In this document: piece after piece, positions 29,492 to 37,844 of the stretch
Position numbering within the stretch: the first letter of the stretch is position 1
How the letters are laid out: every line of letters starts with the position of its first letter
NCBI GenBank assembly: GCA_020348445.1
Contig: CP070751.1
Location: 532,903-596,902 of the forward strand
Length of the DNA: 64,000 bases
Source of the DNA: Thermoplasmata archaeon
GTDB lineage: Archaea > Thermoplasmatota > Thermoplasmata > GCA-020350865
Direction of reading: 5' to 3'
The notes under the pieces: generated by a model
Seen by the model: the letters and a program-made list of their open reading frames with translations, nothing else
What the model was told of the DNA's origin: nothing
Database searches by the model: none
Position numbers and translations under genes: made by a program

Positions 29492-29770
29492 CTATGTTTT
29501 TTTAAGAAAGATTTCTATTGAGGACACATTAGCCGTGGTTCCTTCCTCCCCTCTTTCTAAGATCTCAGTGTCAATCTTTATGTCTTTGATGACTGCATCT
29601 TGCACGAATCTGTGTCTTACGATCTCTGCAACGTCAACTGCTCTGGAAATGGCTCTTCCCCTGGCTTTTATTATGACCTCGTCGAGACCGCTGTTGAATT
29701 GCGTCACCACTGCCAAGACATAGTTCATGGTTGCTTTTTTCCCGATGAATACTGTGTTGTCATCTGCCAT
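29492..29770 (-). CDS. albA: DNA/RNA-binding protein Alba
   Basis: [27 protein letters not shown] and VSSIEIFL motifs. Confidence 0.97.
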   Translation of the reverse strand: MADDNTVFIGKKATMNYVLAVVTQFNSGLDEVIIKARGRAISRAVDVAEIVRHRFVQDAVIKDIKIDTEILERGEEGTTANVSSIEIFLKKT

Positions 29771-29897
29771 ATTCTCTCACCTCTCTGTAACTATGGGGGT
29801 AAGACAGAAGCAGATATACATATAAATATCTTTCGTCAAAAATAGTACGAGTGGAGTAAATAGAGTTCGGGATAGCTCAATTCCATATCCTAGCAAT

Positions 29898-32855
29898 TTA
29901 TTCCTGAACATATTCAGGTTCAACTTCTGCTACCTCCCCCTTGAACTCCACTTTGTCTGTTTTTTCGGCACTGAGAATTGCATAGATGGAAGGCAACAGG
30001 AGCATGGCACCTGCCATACTGAAAATGAGCAAGATAATAACCATGGTTATGAATTCCTGGATGGATTGGATATTGATTAAGAAAATGGAAAGCAGTCCCG
30101 CAACGATGGTGGCGGTGGCCTCCAAGAATGTATAACCTGAGGTCTCCACTGATTTTCTTATGCCAGAGAAATCTTCGCCTGATTCCCTTATTCGTTCCGT
30201 CATGTGGATACCATAATCGATACCTATGCCAACTATAATTGAGCCTATCATGGCTGTAATCAGGTTCAGATCTATACCAGTCACACCCAGGGTGAGGGGT
30301 TCCCAGGCCACAACCATGGAAACGGGTATCATGGTCAGTGCGGCAAGTCTAAGGGAGCGGAAGATAATTATTAGAACAAAGAATACTATGACCAGTGCCA
30401 CGAACAGGCTGAACAGGCTATTGAACATGATCAGGTTGTTCACGGCAACAATAAGGGCCGCAAACCCAGTCAGCTTGGACGTTGATTTTCCAGCAGGAAA
30501 TTCATCAACAACGTCGTTTACTGCATCAACAGCTTTCTCTGTTCTTGCCGCATCCATAGAGGGCATGTCGATATAAACCAAGGCCTTGGAATAATCTTGG
30601 TTAACAAGAAAACCCCTCATTTCCACGGTGAGGCTGTTGTAAAAAATATCTATGATGGCATCTTGAAAGGTTTTTCCCTTTTGATTCAACCATAAAGTGT
30701 TGATGTTGTCCAGTTGCCCAGCCCTGTCAATAGCATCCCAGAAACTCCTGTTAAGGGTATCTTCCACCTGAGCATCAAAAGCATCAGGCACCACCGTTAA
30801 TATTTGATCTACTATATCTTGGGGTATCTTGATCATCTTCATTACATCTACAACGCTGATGGGCGGGTTTATCTTTATTTTTGGATCATCAATCCTTTCG
30901 TTAATTTTCTTAAGCTCGTTTTCCATGTCATTTATTTCGTTTAAAACATCGATGTCTTTCATGGAACCTTGACGTCTTTGCACATCCTCTTCGTAAGGAT
31001 TTCCCCGAATAAGAACCATACCCAGCATTCCTCCGCCGAACTGCTCGGTGTATTCTTCCATTTTTATTATGGTGGGCTCATCCTGGGGTGCCATCTCAGT
31101 GAGATTCATATTGGCCTGTATCGAGGGAATCAGGGCCAGGGAAAAAATCGTGATAATTATCGCGGCAATTACTATCTTTTTTCTATGTCTTATTGGAATC
31201 ATGCCTATCTTTTCGGCGGAATAAATCTTACCCTTCTTCTCGTAGTCCAAAAGCAAGACCAAACTTGGCACCGTGAGCATGGTGACAATGTAACATATCA
31301 TGATGCCAGTTGTTAAACCAAAGCCCAAGACTATCATGGGTACCATGTTCACGAACATAAGAGAGGAGAATCCCACAGCTGTGGTGACTGCAGAGAGGAA
31401 TATCGCCTTTCCCGTGGTGTCAATGGCCACCTTCATTCTTTCCTTTTTATCTTTAATATTCTTTTTTTCATCTGAGTATCGATTGGCTATATACAAGCCG
31501 TACGCCACCCCCAAGGCGAGAAGGATAGGTGCCACCAGAATCACCTGGGGTGAGAGAACCCAGCCCGTAAGACCCATAAGGCCCAGGGTTATAATCAAAG
31601 AACAGAATATCGGGAATCCCGAAATAATAACTATCTTCGGGGTCCTGTGAAGTAAAATGAGCATACCGCATATCAGGAGCAAGGCAGCAGGCAATACCAC
31701 AGAAAATTCCTGATAAGTCCTTGCGGTCAGGGCCACTGTCATGGGAACAGGCCCTGTTGGGGTCATGGCACAGTGAACATTTTGGGCTTCAACTCTTTCC
31801 CACCATTTCTCTTTACTGTTTTCATGGCCACTTTCCACCCTTGTGTCTATAAAATATGGCTTTATTAACTTGTATACATCATCCATCAACTTTTCCTGAT
31901 TATCACTTACAACACCCATTATGACGCCTGCGCTGTCCCATATTCCGTCATTGTTTGTATCTGCCACCAGTAATCTTCTGGTGTCCTCTGGGATTTGGGC
32001 AACTATCCGGTCTATATCCTCCTGATCATCGGGTATCTCGTAATCCCCCGAAGGCTCAAAGAGGCTAAATGGAATCCCGACTTCATTTGATGCCTCTTCT
32101 TGTATGCGTTTTGGTGCGGAGTTTATTTCTTTTATAAGGGTCGATATGCTCAAAACAAAGGATATCTCGTCCTCTTCCCCATTATCTTCCTTGTTATAAT
32201 CCAAGGTCTCCTCGATTGTGCTGATTTCATCTAAAACAACTTTATCGGTGATATTTGTGGGATAGGTGATATCGAATTTATTCGGGGTTTCCACAAAAAA
32301 AACTATCATATCTGTGGACCAATCTTGGTTTACCTCGTTTAAAATCTTCGATGTATCATCATCCTGGGGAAGATAGACTTTCATGTCACCGCTTATATTT
32401 TCTATCATTCGCGGGATTCCTGCGACACCGATTATTATTGTAATAAGCAGAACGATAATGATTATCATTTTGGGGTAGGTAAGTACGGTATCCATTATTG
32501 CAGTAGGTGAACTGGCTCTGCGCATTCTCTTTGTGAAATAAAGACTCTTTTTTTCGATTACTTGGGCCTTTTTCTCGGCTTTTTCTGTAATTTCCGTTGC
32601 TTTAACCACAGCCTGCTTCCCTATGGTCTCCAGACCCTCCTTTGCCTCATCTGCGGTATCCACGGCCTTTGACATCTTGGAATCTATCGCCGTATCCATC
32701 CTGTGGAATCTTTCCTTTATTTTTGTTATGAACAGTGGGGTTGTACTTGCCGCTGTTTCCTCTGCTGGTATTACCAAACCCACCCCGCATTCATCGCAGA
32801 GATTCCAATCCTCTTCAAACTCCTTTTGGCATTTTGGGCATATCTTTTGGGTCAT
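29898..32855 (-). CDS. RND superfamily (MMPL/HAE3-like) transporter with an N-terminal Zn ribbon
   Basis: Two blocks of TM helices with GLGVAYG/GIGIDYGIH, SAVTTAVGF and large soluble loops. N-terminal CPKC...CDECG. Confidence 0.88.
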   Translation of the reverse strand: MTQKICPKCQKEFEEDWNLCDECGVGLVIPAEETAASTTPLFITKIKERFHRMDTAIDSKMSKAVDTADEAKEGLETIGKQAVVKATEITEKAEKKAQVIEKKSLYFTKRMRRASSPTAIMDTVLTYPKMIIIIVLLITIIIGVAGIPRMIENISGDMKVYLPQDDDTSKILNEVNQDWSTDMIVFFVETPNKFDITYPTNITDKVVLDEISTIEETLDYNKEDNGEEDEISFVLSISTLIKEINSAPKRIQEEASNEVGIPFSLFEPSGDYEIPDDQEDIDRIVAQIPEDTRRLLVADTNNDGIWDSAGVIMGVVSDNQEKLMDDVYKLIKPYFIDTRVESGHENSKEKWWERVEAQNVHCAMTPTGPVPMTVALTARTYQEFSVVLPAALLLICGMLILLHRTPKIVIISGFPIFCSLIITLGLMGLTGWVLSPQVILVAPILLALGVAYGLYIANRYSDEKKNIKDKKERMKVAIDTTGKAIFLSAVTTAVGFSSLMFVNMVPMIVLGFGLTTGIMICYIVTMLTVPSLVLLLDYEKKGKIYSAEKIGMIPIRHRKKIVIAAIIITIFSLALIPSIQANMNLTEMAPQDEPTIIKMEEYTEQFGGGMLGMVLIRGNPYEEDVQRRQGSMKDIDVLNEINDMENELKKINERIDDPKIKINPPISVVDVMKMIKIPQDIVDQILTVVPDAFDAQVEDTLNRSFWDAIDRAGQLDNINTLWLNQKGKTFQDAIIDIFYNSLTVEMRGFLVNQDYSKALVYIDMPSMDAARTEKAVDAVNDVVDEFPAGKSTSKLTGFAALIVAVNNLIMFNSLFSLFVALVIVFFVLIIIFRSLRLAALTMIPVSMVVAWEPLTLGVTGIDLNLITAMIGSIIVGIGIDYGIHMTERIRESGEDFSGIRKSVETSGYTFLEATATIVAGLLSIFLINIQSIQEFITMVIILLIFSMAGAMLLLPSIYAILSAEKTDKVEFKGEVAEVEPEYVQE

Positions 32856-32979
32856 TTCTTACCGCCCTATAAGTTCTGGTTGATGGTAATGAAGTTGCGA
32901 GGTAAATATATTATGGTTTGGATTTTTGACTTTTTGTGCATCTGGACGCATCATCCTGCTTCACCTCGTAATCTAAATT

Positions 32980-33288
32980 TCAACCATCATCTGTTTTTTT
33001 TGTGGATTTACCACTCCCGTTGCACACGCTGCATGTTACAGGAATAACAACAGGTCTTTCAAGAATCCTGAACTTCTTTGCACAAGCGCCGCATCTGCAA
33101 GTTCCTGTTCCATAGCAGTGGGGACAGCGATCAGATTCCTTTCTTATAATCAATGTATCTTCTTCGCAGTAGATGAGCACCTCATCCTTGTCTTTTATAT
33201 CCAGGGCTGTGCATATCTCGTTTGGAAGTGTTACCTGAAGGGAACCGCCCCGCTTTTGAATTCTCCTCTTCCACTGGATTCTGCCCAT
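32980..33288 (-). CDS. AbrB/SpoVT-like DNA-binding domain fused to a CxxCxGxG zinc finger
   Basis: RRIQKRGGSLQVTLP...LDIKDKDEV..., followed by CPHCYGTG, CGAC and CSVCNGSG. Confidence 0.72.
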   Translation of the reverse strand: MGRIQWKRRIQKRGGSLQVTLPNEICTALDIKDKDEVLIYCEEDTLIIRKESDRCPHCYGTGTCRCGACAKKFRILERPVVIPVTCSVCNGSGKSTKKTDDG

Positions 33289-33502
33289 AGTTACACCCGA
33301 GTGGCATTCAAGTTACATTTAGATATAACTTATTATACTATTTAAATGTTTCTTGGAATAGAACATTTTTTAGATAATTTTGGGCAGTTCCTCTAATTGG
33401 TGACAAACTAAAGGTTATAAGAAATCCGAGCCCATACTTGTCTTTTTGTAAGTAGAAATATAACCAATAATCGGCATACTATTTCGAAAGGGCGTAAGAT
33501 GT

Positions 33503-34525
33503 ATGAACAGAGGCTGGAACATTATTATAATACTGGCAATGGTGTTTGGAATCATAATTGCTATAATCGCTGTAAATATATCCACCCAATCAGAGATAAC
33601 ACCAACAAATGAATTCTTTGTAGTATCAATTAGCGAGTCTCCAAAAATCGATGTGGAAGATTGGACCCTCAGGGTGAACGGTCTTGTTGAAAATCCATTG
33701 AACTTATCCTATGATAATATTACCAATTTCCCTTCCACAAGTGAAATAGTGACTCTTCAATGTGTCGCGGGCCCATCAGGTACGGCAAACTGGACTGGTG
33801 TGAGGTTGAAGGCTGTACTGGATATGGCTGGAATATTGCATAATGCACATGAGGTGATTTTTTATGCCGCAGACGGATATTCCAGCAGCCTAACCCTGGA
33901 CTATGCCCAAAATCCTGATGTGATACTTGCCTACAAAATGAATGGTGAAACCCTGCCCAGGGACCACGGATATCCCCTTCGTTTGGTTGCACCTGGAAAA
34001 TATGGATACAAATGGGTCAAATGGATCACGCATATTGAGGTTGTTGATTACGATTACAAGGGATACTGGGAAAGCAGGGGATACGATGATGAGGCAGATA
34101 TACCGGCGTATTCAAATTGGGGAGCTCACAGCATCGCCCTTACTGTGTCGGCCTATTTTGGATCCCTTGCCCTTATTTCTGGTTTAAACTATTCAAATCA
34201 AGTGGAATTTGGTAAGAAATCACAAAAGATGTTTTCCAGGAAATTTCATTTTGGAACGTCCATTATGTACCTTGGTATCCTGCTTCCAGTTTCTATTCAT
34301 CGTGTTTTTTTTACCATTGAAAATCGGGGTAGTTTTCCCAATTCAAGTCATGGATATCTAGCATTGGCCGTGATAATTCTCGGAATCCTGAATGTCAGTA
34401 CAGGTTATCTTTTAGCCAAGAAAGTCGAAAAGATGAGGATGATTCACTTTATCGTAACCTTGTTTGGATTTCTCATTTTACTTGGAACGATATTGACAGG
34501 ATTATTCATCATTGGATTGAATTAG
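33503..34525 (+). CDS. Sulfite oxidase family molybdopterin domain fused to a 4-TM His-containing (cytochrome b561-like) domain
   Basis: Moco Cys in TLQCVAG, plus WTGV, DGYSSS, HGYPLRLVAPGKYGYKWVKW and GYWE. C-terminal helices carry AHS, KFH, SSHGYL and MIH. Confidence 0.85.
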   Translation: MNRGWNIIIILAMVFGIIIAIIAVNISTQSEITPTNEFFVVSISESPKIDVEDWTLRVNGLVENPLNLSYDNITNFPSTSEIVTLQCVAGPSGTANWTGVRLKAVLDMAGILHNAHEVIFYAADGYSSSLTLDYAQNPDVILAYKMNGETLPRDHGYPLRLVAPGKYGYKWVKWITHIEVVDYDYKGYWESRGYDDEADIPAYSNWGAHSIALTVSAYFGSLALISGLNYSNQVEFGKKSQKMFSRKFHFGTSIMYLGILLPVSIHRVFFTIENRGSFPNSSHGYLALAVIILGILNVSTGYLLAKKVEKMRMIHFIVTLFGFLILLGTILTGLFIIGLN

Positions 34526-34633
34526 AAAGAATGTTACCCATCTGAAAAATTCTAAGACTGTTGAATTTTCCCATAATTATTAAAAGCAGTATTTCATAAA
34601 TCTTATTACCATCAAACCACCTTCTCCCTTACA

Positions 34634-35578
34634 ATGAATTTCACTGAATATTTCTATTCTCTTGTGAAGCAGATACCAAAAGGCAAAGTGAGCACTTACG
34701 GTGCACTGGCCAGGGCGTTGGGTGATATCAGGGCCTCAAGGGCAGTGGGAAGGATGCTAAATCAAAATCCCTACGCCCCTATTGTTCCATGTCACAGGGT
34801 TGTGATGAGCGACGGCTCCCTGGGCGGATTTGGGACCGGAATCGAGAAAAAGATCAAGCTTCTTAAAAAGGAGGGTGTGAAGGTATCTGGAAACGACATC
34901 TTGGATTTTGAAAAGGCATTATTTACGGATTTTATGTCTGATTTCCCCCTAAAAAAGATGAGGAATGAGCAAAAGAGGTTAAGAAAATCGGTAAGGCTAG
35001 AAGATGGGTTTGATGACATTGAAACTGTTGGTGGGGTGGATGTTGCGTATTCCCACAAGGGCTTCGGGGGATTGGTGGTATATGATTACAAGAGTTTCGA
35101 TATAAACAAAAGGGTAAGTGTAAAGGATGAGATCGACATGCCCTACATTCCAACATACCTTGCATTTCGTGAATTGCCCCTCATCGAAAAATTACTAAAA
35201 AAATACAAGCAAGGGCCTTCTGTTCTTCTGATCGATGGAAACGGTGTACTTCATCCGTATGGAATGGGCATAGCCTCCCATGTTGGTGTGAAACTAGATA
35301 TACCCACGATCGGTGTGGCAAAAAAATTATTATGTGGAGAACAAAAGGATGATAAGATTTTACCTGGTGAGTATTCTGAGGTGGAGTACGAGGGTAATCT
35401 GGTTGGATACGCATACCGGAGTTCTCCAAGGACAAAAAAACCGATCTACATCTCCCCTGGACATATGGTTTCCTTTGAAACTTCATTAGAGGTTATCAAG
35501 AACTTTTGTAAATACAAATTACCTGAACCAATTAGGTCTGCACACAAACTTGCCACAGAAGCGAGAAATTCCGCATAA
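34634..35578 (+). CDS. O6-alkylguanine alkyltransferase domain fused to endonuclease V (AGT-EndoV)
   Basis: IPKGKVSTYG, RAVG and active-site PCHRVV, followed by GVDVAY, PYIPTYLAFRE, IDGNG.LHP, GVAK and PIYISPGH. Confidence 0.92.
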   Translation: MNFTEYFYSLVKQIPKGKVSTYGALARALGDIRASRAVGRMLNQNPYAPIVPCHRVVMSDGSLGGFGTGIEKKIKLLKKEGVKVSGNDILDFEKALFTDFMSDFPLKKMRNEQKRLRKSVRLEDGFDDIETVGGVDVAYSHKGFGGLVVYDYKSFDINKRVSVKDEIDMPYIPTYLAFRELPLIEKLLKKYKQGPSVLLIDGNGVLHPYGMGIASHVGVKLDIPTIGVAKKLLCGEQKDDKILPGEYSEVEYEGNLVGYAYRSSPRTKKPIYISPGHMVSFETSLEVIKNFCKYKLPEPIRSAHKLATEARNSA

Positions 35579-35655
35579 CAGATATTACTTTCATTCACCC
35601 CCTCTGTCCTGATTTAAGTATTTAATAAACATAGCTTCCCATAAGAGGGGAGCAT

Positions 35656-35790
35656 TTGGATAAAAATAATCACCATAGAATCCTTCGATTTGGAAAATAT
35701 TCACACTTATGTCCCGATTGCGGGGAGGATCTTGTGGCCTTGAGCGGTTGCCTTGTTTGTCGAAGCTGTGGATATTCACCCTGCGGATGA
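35656..35790 (+). CDS. 44-aa zinc-ribbon microprotein resembling the NrdJ C-terminal Cys motif; not in the ORF track
   Basis: GAGGGGAG RBS + TTG. Hand translation MDKNNHHRILRFGKYSHLCPDCGEDLVALSGCLVCRSCGYSPCG*. Confidence 0.7.
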   Translation: MDKNNHHRILRFGKYSHLCPDCGEDLVALSGCLVCRSCGYSPCG

Positions 35791-35889
35791 GGGTGTTATA
35801 ACCGTTAGTATAACATTAATTCTTATTATTGATACTTTCACCCACCTCCTGAAATCTCACTTAAATAAGACTTTGCTCATATCATATAT

Positions 35890-35935
35890 TGTCTTCGGAG
35901 TTCCCGTTTCCCGGAGACAGAGAATAACCAAACGG
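35890..35935 (+). promoter_or_regulatory. Candidate 5'-UTR H-type pseudoknot abutting the RBS
   Basis: Stem tgtcttcgg (35890-98) / ccggagaca (35911-19). Loop ccgttt (35904-09) is complementary to aaacgg (35930-35). TTAAATAA lies at 35861-68. Confidence 0.35.
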
Positions 35936-35947
35936 AGGTGAAAATGT

Positions 35948-36169
35948 ATGGTACAATCCGATCTGATTGGCTATGTGCGCAAGAGCAACGGCGGTAACGC
36001 TTTGAAGCTCAGCATATCGGCAGAGGCTTTTGATTCGGCTCAGAGGTACCTGTCCCAGGATGGGAAGGAGTACGTCGGCCTTATAGTCAACCTCGCAAAA
36101 GTTCAGGAAATCCTGGACGACACAAGAGATGTGACAAGCATCTGCCAGATAATAAATGAGGAAGTGTAA
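35948..36169 (+). CDS. Small hypothetical protein (73 aa)
   Basis: Strong GGAGGTG RBS, globular-looking composition, T-rich tract downstream. Confidence 0.8.
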   Translation: MVQSDLIGYVRKSNGGNALKLSISAEAFDSAQRYLSQDGKEYVGLIVNLAKVQEILDDTRDVTSICQIINEEV

Positions 36170-36183
36170 AGCCCCCTTCTATC

Positions 36184-36234
36184 TTTTTGATTTTTTTATT
36201 TTTTTTTATTTTTTCTAATTTTTTTTTACTTTTT
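36184..36234. terminator. T-rich terminator region between convergent genes
   Basis: Multiple oligo-T runs immediately after the 36169 stop. Confidence 0.5.
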
Positions 36235-37095
36235 CAAAGTGAATTTTTCCCCGCAGTCCGGGCATTCGAAGACGATTGTATCTTTCGTGCTCTTTGTGGT
36301 TATAAAAACATAATTTTGGCATTTTATGCACTGCTCGAAGGTCTGCCCATCCTCGTTTATGTGTCTTGCCCATCGAAGTAATGCCTTTTCTTCTTCGCTT
36401 GAGGGCTCCCTTGTGAGCATTTCCACTTTCTCGGATACAGTAGGTGTTGGTTTGAGCTCAGTAACCACCTCTTTTGGTCCGACATCTTCCTTTACCACCA
36501 CACTGACAGGTCTTTCGGGCTCAACAGGGGCAACAACCTCTGAAGATGGTTCTGCTGTTACCTCTGCAGTGGGTTTTGGTTCTCTTTTGGGGAGACGAAC
36601 TTTTGGGACTCCTGGGCCTGATGCGCTTGGAAGGCGCCATTCGAGAAAACCCACGACGGCGCATAATAAAAATCCGATAATAATCAGCCAGAGCCCCACA
36701 CCAGGATATCGGGCATATTTGCCATAGCCACTATCCCAAGAATCTGTAAAACGGGAGGCTTCAACAGCATAAGTTAAAAAGAACCAAAAACCCCAAATCA
36801 TAAGAATAAATGGTTTAATATTGATTCGTGTAGTACCTTTCTCAACAAATAAATTGAACTTCAAATAAAGGAGGGTAGCAATTAGGATCGCTGAGAATAG
36901 GGGTAACAATATGAATAAACCCCAAAAATCATAGTCAAAATAAGAAATAGAACCGGAATTTGTAGTGCCCTCATACTCAAAATCTTCGACGAAATAGGGT
37001 AAAAACGGTCCAATAATCAAGAAAAGGACGGCCAGTAATCCCAGCTTCTTTCCAATTGACCAAGTGGAAGGCTTCTCGAAATCCAAAGAGACCAT
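36226..37095 (-). CDS. 4-TM membrane protein with a Pro/Glu linker and a C-terminal Zn ribbon
   Basis: Four hydrophobic helices, then CIKC...CPDCG. Confidence 0.75.
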   Translation of the reverse strand: MVSLDFEKPSTWSIGKKLGLLAVLFLIIGPFLPYFVEDFEYEGTTNSGSISYFDYDFWGLFILLPLFSAILIATLLYLKFNLFVEKGTTRINIKPFILMIWGFWFFLTYAVEASRFTDSWDSGYGKYARYPGVGLWLIIIGFLLCAVVGFLEWRLPSASGPGVPKVRLPKREPKPTAEVTAEPSSEVVAPVEPERPVSVVVKEDVGPKEVVTELKPTPTVSEKVEMLTREPSSEEEKALLRWARHINEDGQTFEQCIKCQNYVFITTKSTKDTIVFECPDCGEKFTLKK

Positions 37096-37295
37096 ATTAC
37101 CTCTCTCACGCCGGCAAATGGTTTTAATTATAATAAAGATGTTGGTAATCCCTGTTAAAACCCTGTTTTTCAGAAAAACAATAATAACAAAATCAAATCA
37201 AAAATTTTATATAGACACATCACATTACCCTATTTGTCTGACACATGTAAGTCGCAAGAGGTCATATTGACCTACGTCAGAGGAACAGTGGATTT

Positions 37296-37532
37296 ATGAG
37301 GCCAGAGACCGAAAAAATTACAATACGTGTGCCTACAAAGTTCGTTTCCGCCTTGGACTTCCTAGTGGAAGTAGATGACTTCCCTTCGAGGTCAGAGGCG
37401 ATACGCGCTGCCATTCGCGATTTGGTCTATTCCCGAGTTGAATTGGTGATGGACAAAATCAAGAAGATGCAAGAAGCAGAACAAACACTTTCTGCGATGA
37501 AGGAATTCGAAAGCGAGTTCCTAAAAAAATAG
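37296..37532 (+). CDS. Ribbon-helix-helix (CopG family) protein, CdrS-like
   Basis: EKITIRVP...FPSRSEAIRAAIRDLV motif. Confidence 0.85.
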   Translation: MRPETEKITIRVPTKFVSALDFLVEVDDFPSRSEAIRAAIRDLVYSRVELVMDKIKKMQEAEQTLSAMKEFESEFLKK

Positions 37533-37651
37533 GATGGTAAAAAGCAAGCCTTGTCAGAGGGATCACGACTCTACACCAATTATTCGGATGGGAAGTGACA
37601 GGACAATAAACTAGTGTAAACTCACAAGTTCAGGATTACCCTCCCCCCTTA

Positions 37652-37685
37652 AGGATGCTGGGAAAACCTGGCATCCTCTTTTTTT
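37652..37685 (+). terminator. Hairpin + T7 terminator-like element
   Basis: aggatgctggg-aaaa-cctggcatcct (11-bp stem with two G-U pairs), followed by ctttttttc. Confidence 0.6.
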
Positions 37686-37844
37686 CTGTTTTGTATTTAC
37701 CTGTGAATTTACTATAATTGATTACTATTGAAATCGTAAATTCACATTGGAAAACCAAGGGATAAGCTGGAAGGATGGAGGATTGGGATTGATTTAGAAA
37801 AAGGATTATATGATTTGCTTCTTATTGGGGAGGCGGGAATTTGT

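Noticed and set aside
35753-35941. 62-aa + strand ORF in the track
   Set aside because: It overlaps the better-supported Zn-ribbon microprotein and the promoter of the next gene, and has no RBS.
37534-37614. 26-aa ORF MVKSKPC...TIN as an ftsZ remnant or leader peptide
   Set aside because: No GGG/tubulin-signature similarity and no properly spaced RBS; consistent with chance.
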